A stretch of 64,000 nucleotides of DNA from positions 2,432,001 to 2,496,000 of the forward strand of contig CAXXLZ010000002.1 in assembly GCA_963675595.2 (NCBI GenBank), written 5' to 3'. Shown here piece after piece: positions 42,297-50,221 of the stretch. The notes beneath the pieces were generated by a model. The model saw only the letters and a list, made by a program, of their open reading frames with translations. It made no database searches and was not told the DNA's origin. The first letter of the stretch is position 1, and every line of letters starts with the position of its first letter. The position numbers and the translations under genes were made by a program. Source of the DNA: Thermodesulfobacteriota bacterium (GTDB taxonomy: Bacteria > Desulfobacterota > Desulfarculia > JACQYL01).

Positions 42297-43385
42297 ATGG
42301 TAGCAACGAAAGTAACAGAATTGGCCAAGTTTTTGGAGCTGGATATCGACCGTGATTTCCACGTCGGGATCGACGTACACAAAAAGAGCTACCACGTGGC
42401 CGTGCTTCGCAGCGACGGCGAGGTGAAGACTTTTGTGTCCTCGGCCTCTCCGGAGGCCATCGTGGCCATGTTGCTCCCCCACTTGAGGCGCATCCGAGCC
42501 GTAGCCTACGAAGCGGGGCCCACCGGCTTCGGCCTTGCGCGCACTTTGGCCAAAGCCGGGTTCAGCGTGATCGTGGTGGCGCCGAGTCGGGTCCCTAGGC
42601 CGGTGACTGCGGGGGCCAAGACCGACCGCCTGGATTGCATGCGGTTGGCGGACCATGCCGCCCGAGGGATATTGAAGTCCATCGCCGTTCCCACGGAGGA
42701 AGAGGAGGCCGAACGCAGCGTAATTCGCCGTCGGCACGATCTGGCCGACGGCACTCGACGCGTTAAGCAGAGAATTCAATCCCTTCTGCTGTTTCACGGT
42801 GTGGAGGCGCCTCCCGGGCTCAATCATTGGGGCCGAAGCGCTGTGGCGCAACTTCGAAAGCTTCGTCTGCCGAAGGAGGCCAAAGCGACGCTGCTCAGCT
42901 TGCTCCGTGAGTTGAATTTCCTCACAAAGGAAAAAGCCTTCATGGAGGAAAGGACTTCCAGTGTGTGCGAGAAACCTGAACACTTTGAGGAAATGCGATG
43001 CCTTCGAAGCGTCCCCGGGGTGGGTCCCATCACAGCGGCTACCTTCCTCCTGGAATTGTTTCGCCCGAGTCGGTTCCATCGGGTGGAGGAAGTGACCAGC
43101 TATCTGGGACTCGCACCGTTGGTAAGACAAAGCGGAGAGCGGAAATCTCGAGTGGCGCTTCCTCCCGTGGGTCAGACGCGACTGCGGAGTCTGTTGGTGG
43201 AGGCGGCCTGGACGTGGAAGTCCAGGGATCCGGCCATTGATTCGCATTATCGAAAACTCCTGTCGCGAACGGGCCTTCCACAAAAGGCCATTTGTGCGTT
43301 GGCACGGAAACTGGCCGTTGTTCTATGGCGATTGACCATGGAAAAACGGACCTATGAATTTCGTCTCCAAGCGGACCAAGCATGA
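42297..43385 (+). CDS. IS110-family DEDD transposase/recombinase
   Basis: GIDVHK, YEAG, KTDRLD; SVPGVGP, YLGLAPLVRQSG, ALARKL; AGGAG RBS. Confidence 0.95.
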   Translation: MVATKVTELAKFLELDIDRDFHVGIDVHKKSYHVAVLRSDGEVKTFVSSASPEAIVAMLLPHLRRIRAVAYEAGPTGFGLARTLAKAGFSVIVVAPSRVPRPVTAGAKTDRLDCMRLADHAARGILKSIAVPTEEEEAERSVIRRRHDLADGTRRVKQRIQSLLLFHGVEAPPGLNHWGRSAVAQLRKLRLPKEAKATLLSLLRELNFLTKEKAFMEERTSSVCEKPEHFEEMRCLRSVPGVGPITAATFLLELFRPSRFHRVEEVTSYLGLAPLVRQSGERKSRVALPPVGQTRLRSLLVEAAWTWKSRDPAIDSHYRKLLSRTGLPQKAICALARKLAVVLWRLTMEKRTYEFRLQADQA

Positions 43386-43601
43386 GCCGGTTAGGACTTG
43401 TTTAGGAGAACCCAACCGGCTCGGGACCCATACTTGAGGTGGGTCCCGAGCCTCAAGCCGGGAGAAAAAAGCGGAGACGGCCGCGATAAAGTTTGGCTGC
43501 ATCGGTAGCGCTGGGGAAATGGCGGCATCTTCGCTTCTACATCGCATGTGTACTTGGCGCTTCGGGCGCGAATAGGAAACGGTTATCCAATTCCGGCTTG
43601 A
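43384..43601 (+). ncRNA. Predicted bridge/seek RNA of IS copy 1
   Basis: Structured region with AAAGTTT and CTGGGGAAA (target matches) and GTACTT and ATAGGAAA (donor matches) flanking inner hairpins. Confidence 0.75.
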
Positions 43602-43620
43602 CTTGAGGCCACATAGGAAA

Positions 43621-43691
43621 CTTTCGAGAAAGTTACCCCCAGTCCCCTTTCCAAGCTCTTCAAGAACGCCTCACCGCCTTCGGCGGAGAGG
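43621..43691 (+). repeat. Family A repeat interrupted by IS copy 1 (left part at 42221-42230)
   Basis: Rejoined site CTGGGGGAAA|CTTTCGAGAAAGTTACCCCCAG...CCTCACCGCCTTCGGCGGAGAGG. Confidence 0.85.
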
Positions 43692-43718
43692 AGAGAGATA
43701 AGCAGGCCTTGGGCGCTA

Positions 43719-43979
43719 TTATAGCTTTTGCAGCAAAAATTCCTCCATCTTGCTTTTATTAATGGCGATACGAGGGGGCACCCATTCGTTATTCAAAAAG
43801 ACATTTGTCGAACCTTTGAATTTATGGGCATGCGGTTTGGCCTCTTCCGAATCGAGAGTGTATATCTTCACGTCCAGTCTTCCCTCGAATTTTTCCCGCA
43901 TGTCTTCGGCTACACCTATAGCCCTTCCGCATGCGATTCAACGGGCATTGCCGCTGTGAAACACGATCAACTCAGCCAT
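43719..43979 (-). CDS. Small thioredoxin-like selenoprotein (UxxC), 86 aa
   Basis: AAGGAGG RBS; MAELIVFHSGNAR-TGA-IACGRAIG in frame with the 60-aa ORF; hairpin immediately after the TGA. Confidence 0.82.
43897..43937 (-). promoter_or_regulatory. Bacterial SECIS-like hairpin
   Basis: CGCATG..GGCTA-TAGGTG-TAGCC..CATGCG directly 3' of the UGA at 43940-43938. Confidence 0.72.
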
Positions 43980-44112
43980 TTTCCGTTCCTCCTTATTTCC
44001 GGTTCGGTAGCTGTTGGAGGTCGAATGGATTCACTGTATTCTTCCTTGTTCATAGCACGTCCGGCCGACATTTTCCTGCGAGTTGATTTGACCACCGCTC
44101 TATAGAGATTCA

Positions 44113-44189
44113 CTGTGGGAAACTTTCGGGAACGTTTCCCACAGTTCCTCTTCCAAGCTCTTCAAGAAGGCCTCACCGCCTTCGGCGGA
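44113..44189 (+). repeat. Uninterrupted family A repeat (empty IS target-like site)
   Basis: CTGTGGGAAACTTTCGGGAACGTTTCCCACAG...CAAGCTCTTCAAGAAGGCCTCACCGCCTTCGGCGG. Confidence 0.85.
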
Positions 44190-44237
44190 ATGAAATGCGG
44201 CTTGTGCGCCGAAAAACCATCCAGAGGGATCGGTCGG

Positions 44238-44987
44238 CTAAACGATGCCGCCGTTCACATAGATTGTCTGGCCGTTCACCCAGCCGGCATCCGGACCGAC
44301 CAGAAACGCCACGGCATCGGCGATGTCCTCAGGCCGACCGAGCCGCTCCAACGGCGGCATCTTGGCCAATTGTTCGACCTGTTCGTCCGTTTTGTTTTTC
44401 AGAAAAAGGTCGGTTGCCGTTGGTCCGGGTGCGACGGCGTTCACCGTAACGTTTCGGCCGCGCAATTCCTTGGCGAAGATATTCGTCAGCGTCGCCACGG
44501 CGGATTTCGTGGCCGCGTACACCGAATAGCCGGGCAAGCCGAGCTTGCGCACGCTGGAAGAAAGATTGACGATTCGCCCGCCGTCGCGCAGTTTTCCGGC
44601 TGCAACCCGCAGTGTGTTGAATGTGCCCTTGAAATTGACGGCGACAATTTTGTCGAAAAGCGCATCATCCGTATCGGCCAGAGAAATCAGGCCCGGCTGC
44701 ATGATTCCGGCGTTATTCACGAGAATATCAACACCGCCGAAAAGCGCGGCGGTTTGGTCGAACATGGCCGCCACCTGCCCGGGCACCGAAACATCGGCCT
44801 GGATCGCCACTGCTCGGCCTGGTCCGGCTTCGATCTCTCGCACTACGACATCGGCTGCATCGGCCCGACCCGCATAGTTTACAATTACGGCGATGCCGTC
44901 GGCGGCCAGACGTTTGGCAATGGCTGCGCCGATTCCGCGCGATGATCCTGTGACAATGGCCACTTTGGTTTCCGTTGAAGTCTTCAT
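44238..44987 (-). CDS. SDR family oxidoreductase
   Basis: TGSSRGIG, NNAG, YAATK. Confidence 0.93.
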   Translation of the reverse strand: MKTSTETKVAIVTGSSRGIGAAIAKRLAADGIAVIVNYAGRADAADVVVREIEAGPGRAVAIQADVSVPGQVAAMFDQTAALFGGVDILVNNAGIMQPGLISLADTDDALFDKIVAVNFKGTFNTLRVAAGKLRDGGRIVNLSSSVRKLGLPGYSVYAATKSAVATLTNIFAKELRGRNVTVNAVAPGPTATDLFLKNKTDEQVEQLAKMPPLERLGRPEDIADAVAFLVGPDAGWVNGQTIYVNGGIV

Positions 44988-45096
44988 GGCAGCCTCCTTT
45001 GTTCTGTTTGAATGCTTTATACTTCACCGACAATATGGTACCGAGTTTTGAATTTCGGTAGACGCATAAACGGCATGACGGCTATACTGTTTTGGT

Positions 45097-46017
45097 ATGA
45101 CCGTATTCGACGACCTCTCTTTGGTTCGGGCTTTCGTCTGCATCGTGGAAAACGGCGGCATTTCCGCTGCGGCCCGCAAGCTCCGGCGAACTCAACCGAC
45201 GCTGAGCCGTTATTTGCGCACACTGGAAGATCGCTGCGGCACCGTATTGCTGTATCGGGATACGCACCGCATACGCCTCTCGTCCGCCGGCCATCAATTC
45301 TTGGAGGACGCGCGATCCCTCCTGGCATTGGCGGAAGAAGCCGAACAACGCCTGCGCAACGACCAGGCAACCCTTCAGGGTAATATCCGCCTGTTCGCGA
45401 CCATCGACTTCGGCCAAAGTGTCGTCAGCCGCATGATTACCGGTTTTATTCAGGCCAACCCCGCCGTAACCATCGACCTGGCTTATTCCAACCGCCCTTT
45501 GCATATGCTCGAAGAAGGATGCGATGTCGGCATCGTCGCGGGCGCCGTCACGGATGATACGGTTGTCGCATGCTCCATCGGCCCCATTAAACGCTATCTT
45601 GTCGCCTCTCCAGCGCTCCTGAGAACGCATAAAGCCGTTTCCAGCCCCATGGAACTTCAATCCTGGCCGTGGTTGACGTTGTCCGGCGCGCAATTCGGCG
45701 GTGGGCGGGAAGTAACGCTTTATTCGTCGGAACAAGAAGAACAGAAGTTGACCGTATCACCGGTCATGACATCCGAAGGTGTGAGCAGTCTGCGTGAAGC
45801 GGTACGTTTGGGGCTTGGGATCGCCGTTTTACCGGAATGGCTGATTGAGGAGGACATTGTTTCGGGCCGGCTTATCAGGGTTCTGCCTGAGTGGCGAAGC
45901 GGAAACCTACCGGCCCACATCGTTTACCCGGTGCAGCGACGCTTGCCGTCGCGCGTCCGAACTTTCATTGACTTTGCGACCGCTTATATGACCACGGTTT
46001 TGCAGTCAGGTAGGTGA
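45097..46017 (+). CDS. LysR family regulator, divergent from the SDR gene
   Basis: HTH ISAAARKLRRTQPTLSRYLRTLE; LysR substrate domain. Confidence 0.93.
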   Translation: MTVFDDLSLVRAFVCIVENGGISAAARKLRRTQPTLSRYLRTLEDRCGTVLLYRDTHRIRLSSAGHQFLEDARSLLALAEEAEQRLRNDQATLQGNIRLFATIDFGQSVVSRMITGFIQANPAVTIDLAYSNRPLHMLEEGCDVGIVAGAVTDDTVVACSIGPIKRYLVASPALLRTHKAVSSPMELQSWPWLTLSGAQFGGGREVTLYSSEQEEQKLTVSPVMTSEGVSSLREAVRLGLGIAVLPEWLIEEDIVSGRLIRVLPEWRSGNLPAHIVYPVQRRLPSRVRTFIDFATAYMTTVLQSGR

Positions 46018-46236
46018 ATCCAACTGTTTCAAGACAAAGAAACCAAAAGAGGCCTGACCCTTTCGGCTTGGCTTGAAAAGAGGTTTGCAGCCCTTCAACG
46101 GAAGGAGTATTTATTAGGTAGATCTAGAGCAAGAGCCTCGTACCGGTTTGAAAGGAGTCACGGCGTGGGTTCCTTCGGTTTCGAGGCGGTTTCCGTCCCC
46201 ATGAGGACGGAGCCCATCCCGTGAGCTTCTTTGCCC

Positions 46237-46368
46237 ATTCAGAAGAGGTAAGGAACGTTGGAAATGGGCGAGCAGCCCTTCTTTCCCCCCGGGCTCTCCG
46301 CTGAATGCGGTGAGGCCTGTCCAACGTGCAAGGTGGCTCGGGGGAGGACTTTCCCGAAAGTCCTCCCC
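46237..46368 (-). repeat. REP/MITE-like repeat, family A
   Basis: Similar to 38553-38693 (GTAAGGAACGTT, GAGGCCTGTCCAACGTGC, GGGGAGGACTTT-CCCG-AAAGTCCTCCCC). Confidence 0.8.
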
Positions 46369-46428
46369 TGTGAAGGATTCCCTCGTTTCGTCTTTGCTGC
46401 GTCCCTCCGGGAAGAAAGGATGTGGAAA

Positions 46429-48012
46429 ATGAGGATTCGGCTTGCGGTATTCGCTCTTGTCCTGATTTTCGCGGCTGTTCTCTGTTCCTGCGACTCCGGT
46501 ACCAAAACGGACGGCGTTCCCGGCGACAACAAGGTCCCGGCCTCCGTCCTAGCCCTGGCCTCCTCCGTGACCGAGGACCTGGAGGCCCGGGGGTACGAGG
46601 TGGTGCGAGGCTACATGCAGCTCTTCACCATGGACGATTGCGCCCTGGCCATCGCCAAGACGGGCCAGTGCTTCGGCAACAACCCCACCGGACCTTATGT
46701 CTTTCCCGTGGTTCCCGCCTGGTCCGAGGAATACATCGACCCCACCACCCTCAACGTCTTCGGGGAAAACGCGGACGGGTACCTGACCATTCGGCGCTTC
46801 GACCCGCGGGAAGCGACCCTGGTCTTCGGCGTCATGCCGCCGGCGGCCCGCTACTTCGGCTTGCAGACCTACCAGTACACCCGCGAGGGCACGGTGGATA
46901 CCGACAACGAGGTGTATCAGTTGGTGCTGAACACCTTCCCCTTCATGCTGGACCAGTTCTTCGGCCCCGCACCCAACGGGCGGCTCCTTTCTTTCGCCAG
47001 CATCAGCAACAACAATAACAACGCGGTGTTCGAGCGCCGGGCCGGCTCCTTTTTCGATCAAGTGCGGTTCTTCGTCGTCACTCCGGACCAGGCCATGGAC
47101 ACGGCCGTGCGCGCGGCCCTCGCCCGGGCCGAGGTTTCCGACAGCGACATCGTCACCGAATCCATCGCCTCTCCGGTAACCCTGGGCCTGGACAAGGAAG
47201 CGGACGACCTCATCACCGTGATACGCTACGCCCTGCCGGACGACGAGGAAGCCGGAGAGTTGTGGCGCCATGACCTTCCCCTGGTGGTATTACGCGTGCG
47301 GGACCGCGGCGACCGGGCTCCGGAACCCTGGCCCGCTTTCGAGCACCCCCAGGAACGCTTCGACACGAGCGAACTCTATCTTTCAACCGACTTGAATGCC
47401 TTGAACAACAACGTTCGTGCCGCCTGGGGCCTCGACCCGGCCCCCAGCCCGCCCGGCGTGGCCGACCGCATGCTGGACCTTCAACGGGCCTACCCCTTCG
47501 ATCTGGTGGGACCGGACTGCATCCGGAACACCATGAACTGCCTGGCCGACACCCAGGACACCTCCTATGCCGGCACCGCCAACGTGTATCTGGAAAACGA
47601 CGCCGGCGACCAGTTCCTTTATGCCGTTGTCGGCACCCTGGGCACGGAAACGGGGAACGCCACCTACACCAGCCTGTCCGTGTACCGGGCCGCCGTGGTC
47701 ATGGGCGTGGCCAACGTGGACGACGGACAACTGCTGCAATCCCAGTCCTACTTTCCTCAAGAGCCCAACTCTTTCAACAACCAGGACAAGTTCTACCTCT
47801 GGTACTTCGGCCGGACCTGCGCGGCCGCGCCCGAAGCAATCTGCACCGAGATCAACGAGGACCAGATTCCCTTGGGCGAACCCATGAAGTTGGCCCTCCG
47901 GAACTACATCCGGCCCGGCGATGTCCGGGGGCCCAACACCGATCCGCCCGACGATCCCAAAGGCGTCAGTCCCCTGCTGCCGGCCTGGGTCACCGCCATT
48001 CCCCTGCCCTGA
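46429..48012 (+). CDS. Hypothetical lipoprotein
   Basis: Lipobox LCSC, strong GC3 bias, no family recognised. Confidence 0.75.
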   Translation: MRIRLAVFALVLIFAAVLCSCDSGTKTDGVPGDNKVPASVLALASSVTEDLEARGYEVVRGYMQLFTMDDCALAIAKTGQCFGNNPTGPYVFPVVPAWSEEYIDPTTLNVFGENADGYLTIRRFDPREATLVFGVMPPAARYFGLQTYQYTREGTVDTDNEVYQLVLNTFPFMLDQFFGPAPNGRLLSFASISNNNNNAVFERRAGSFFDQVRFFVVTPDQAMDTAVRAALARAEVSDSDIVTESIASPVTLGLDKEADDLITVIRYALPDDEEAGELWRHDLPLVVLRVRDRGDRAPEPWPAFEHPQERFDTSELYLSTDLNALNNNVRAAWGLDPAPSPPGVADRMLDLQRAYPFDLVGPDCIRNTMNCLADTQDTSYAGTANVYLENDAGDQFLYAVVGTLGTETGNATYTSLSVYRAAVVMGVANVDDGQLLQSQSYFPQEPNSFNNQDKFYLWYFGRTCAAAPEAICTEINEDQIPLGEPMKLALRNYIRPGDVRGPNTDPPDDPKGVSPLLPAWVTAIPLP

Positions 48013-48104
48013 CGCGGTATGAAATGCCTCTGGGGAAATACCATGTTGGCCTCAGGTGCTCGATCGTTATGATGGAGCATCACCCAAACAGAAAGGAGAC
48101 CAAC

Positions 48105-49193
48105 ATGGTAGCAACGAAAGTAACAGAATTGGCCAAGTTTTTGGAGCTGGATATCGACCGTGATTTCCACGTCGGGATCGACGTACACAAAAAGAGCTAC
48201 CACGTGGCCGTGCTTCGCAGCGACGGCGAGGTGAAGACTTTTGTGTCCTCGGCCTCTCCGGAGGCCATCGTGGCCATGTTGCTCCCCCACTTGAGGCGCA
48301 TCCGAGCCGTAGCCTACGAAGCGGGGCCCACCGGCTTCGGCCTTGCGCGCACTTTGGCCAAAGCCGGGTTCAGCGTGATCGTGGTGGCGCCGAGTCGGGT
48401 CCCTAGGCCGGTGACTGCGGGGGCCAAGACCGACCGCCTGGATTGCATGCGGTTGGCGGACCATGCCGCCCGAGGGATATTGAAGTCCATCGCCGTTCCC
48501 ACGGAGGAAGAGGAGGCCGAACGCAGCGTAATTCGCCGTCGGCACGATCTGGCCGACGGCACTCGACGCGTTAAGCAGAGAATTCAATCCCTTCTGCTGT
48601 TTCACGGTGTGGAGGCGCCTCCCGGGCTCAATCATTGGGGCCGAAGCGCTGTGGCGCAACTTCGAAAGCTTCGTCTGCCGAAGGAGGCCAAAGCGACGCT
48701 GCTCAGCTTGCTCCGTGAGTTGAATTTCCTCACAAAGGAAAAAGCCTTCATGGAGGAAAGGACTTCCAGTGTGTGCGAGAAACCTGAACACTTTGAGGAA
48801 ATGCGATGCCTTCGAAGCGTCCCCGGGGTGGGTCCCATCACAGCGGCTACCTTCCTCCTGGAATTGTTTCGCCCGAGTCGGTTCCATCGGGTGGAGGAAG
48901 TGACCAGCTATCTGGGACTCGCACCGTTGGTAAGACAAAGCGGAGAGCGGAAATCTCGAGTGGCGCTTCCTCCCGTGGGTCAGACGCGACTGCGGAGTCT
49001 GTTGGTGGAGGCGGCCTGGACGTGGAAGTCCAGGGATCCGGCCATTGATTCGCATTATCGAAAACTCCTGTCGCGAACGGGCCTTCCACAAAAGGCCATT
49101 TGTGCGTTGGCACGGAAACTGGCCGTTGTTCTATGGCGATTGACCATGGAAAAACGGACCTATGAATTTCGTCTCCAAGCGGACCAAGCATGA
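48105..49193 (+). CDS. IS110-family DEDD transposase/recombinase
   Basis: Same protein as copy 1. Confidence 0.95.
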   Translation: MVATKVTELAKFLELDIDRDFHVGIDVHKKSYHVAVLRSDGEVKTFVSSASPEAIVAMLLPHLRRIRAVAYEAGPTGFGLARTLAKAGFSVIVVAPSRVPRPVTAGAKTDRLDCMRLADHAARGILKSIAVPTEEEEAERSVIRRRHDLADGTRRVKQRIQSLLLFHGVEAPPGLNHWGRSAVAQLRKLRLPKEAKATLLSLLRELNFLTKEKAFMEERTSSVCEKPEHFEEMRCLRSVPGVGPITAATFLLELFRPSRFHRVEEVTSYLGLAPLVRQSGERKSRVALPPVGQTRLRSLLVEAAWTWKSRDPAIDSHYRKLLSRTGLPQKAICALARKLAVVLWRLTMEKRTYEFRLQADQA

Positions 49194-49409
49194 GCCGGTT
49201 AGGACTTGTTTAGGAGAACCCAACCGGCTCGGGACCCATACTTGAGGTGGGTCCCGAGCCTCAAGCCGGGAGAAAAAAGCGGAGACGGCCGCGATAAAGT
49301 TTGGCTGCATCGGTAGCGCTGGGGAAATGGCGGCATCTTCGCTTCTACATCGCATGTGTACTTGGCGCTTCGGGCGCGAATAGGAAACGGTTATCCAATT
49401 CCGGCTTGA
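49192..49409 (+). ncRNA. Predicted bridge/seek RNA of IS copy 2
   Basis: Same sequence as 43384-43601. Confidence 0.75.
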
Positions 49410-49428
49410 CTTGAGGCCACATAGGAAA

Positions 49429-49497
49429 CTTTCGAGAAAGTCTCCCCCAGTCCCCTTCAAAGCTCTTCAAGAAGCCTCACCGCCTTCGGCGGAGAGG
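49429..49497 (+). repeat. Family A repeat interrupted by IS copy 2 (left part at 48030-48038)
   Basis: Rejoined site CTGGGGAAA|CTTTCGAGAAAGTCTCCCCCAG...CCTCACCGCCTTCGGCGGAGAGG. Confidence 0.85.
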
Positions 49498-49728
49498 GGG
49501 AAGAGGTGTGCGCCTTGCGTAGTAGAAATCCCGCGACTGCAGAAGGAGCACAAAAGGCATCGGGAGGACTCCGTGAACATGGATCCTGTTTCCGATAGAC
49601 ACTATAAGGTCGACGACGAAAGAGTCTTTCGCCCCCGATCCCCATCCCATTGAATACCCCAGTCCGATTGTGTATCCTGAAATACCATCGTAACGCGGAA
49701 AAAATGGAATAAAGAGGAGTTTCTCGCC

Positions 49729-49941
49729 GTGAAGAACGAATACACCGCTGTGCTCAAACAGGAAGGTGGTTGGTGGCTGGGATGGATCGAGGAAGTCCCC
49801 GGGGTTAATTGCCGGGAGAAGACCTATGAAGAATTAAAGGAAACATTGGCGGTAACACTGAAGGAGGCCCTGGAGTTCAATCGGCAAGACGCCTTGTCCG
49901 CCGCCGGCACCGGCTACAGCGAAGAAAAAATCGCCGTATGA
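49729..49941 (+). CDS. hicB: HicB-like antitoxin (short form)
   Basis: YTAVLKQEGGWWLGWIEEVPGVNC...LKEALE; GAGGAG RBS. Confidence 0.85.
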   Translation: MKNEYTAVLKQEGGWWLGWIEEVPGVNCREKTYEELKETLAVTLKEALEFNRQDALSAAGTGYSEEKIAV

Positions 49942-50131
49942 GGGAAAGGGACTTCTCCAGTATCCGCACAGCCGAGGATGTACTCTCTTGAGGGAAGGGG
50001 CAAAGCATTCATGGTGGTGTAATCCCGCCCTGAATAAGCGCTCGGCGATCCCCCGACATTCCGAGATCGTAGACATCCTTGCAAACAAAATCTGCAAAGA
50101 CCTTGGTGTCCCGCCCGTCAAACAGCCATAA
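49938..50131 (+). pseudogene. hicA: Frameshifted HicA toxin
   Basis: ATG overlapping the hicB stop is out of frame with GCTLLREGAKHSWWCNP...IPRHSEI...ICKDLGVP. Confidence 0.75.
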
Positions 50132-50221
50132 CGGCGGCATGTTTGAGGAAGGGGTTATGGGATGAAAGGGTGAAGAGGATTGCCCCCTTGGCGAAAAGAT
50201 GCAGTTCAAGTAAAGCCAAAA

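Larger units (their letters stand above)
42231..43620 (+). mobile_element. IS110-family element, IS1111 type, copy 1 (1390 bp including one GGAAA core)
   Basis: Boundaries set by identity with copy 2 and the empty site at 44113; subterminal IR TGGCCTCA/TGAGGCCA; about 230-nt 3' non-coding region. Confidence 0.93.
48039..49428 (+). mobile_element. IS110-family element, IS1111 type, copy 2
   Basis: Direct repeat of 42231-43620 at offset 5808; identical translation. Confidence 0.93.

Noticed and set aside
42105-43283. 392-aa antisense ORF in the IS, repeated at 47904-49091
   Set aside because: Repeated only because the IS is duplicated. It runs out into different flanks and has no recognisable motifs.
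42226-43620. GGAAA at both IS ends as a classical target-site duplication
   Set aside because: For a DEDD IS110 enzyme it is better explained as a core shared by donor and target; GGAAA appears in both guide loops.
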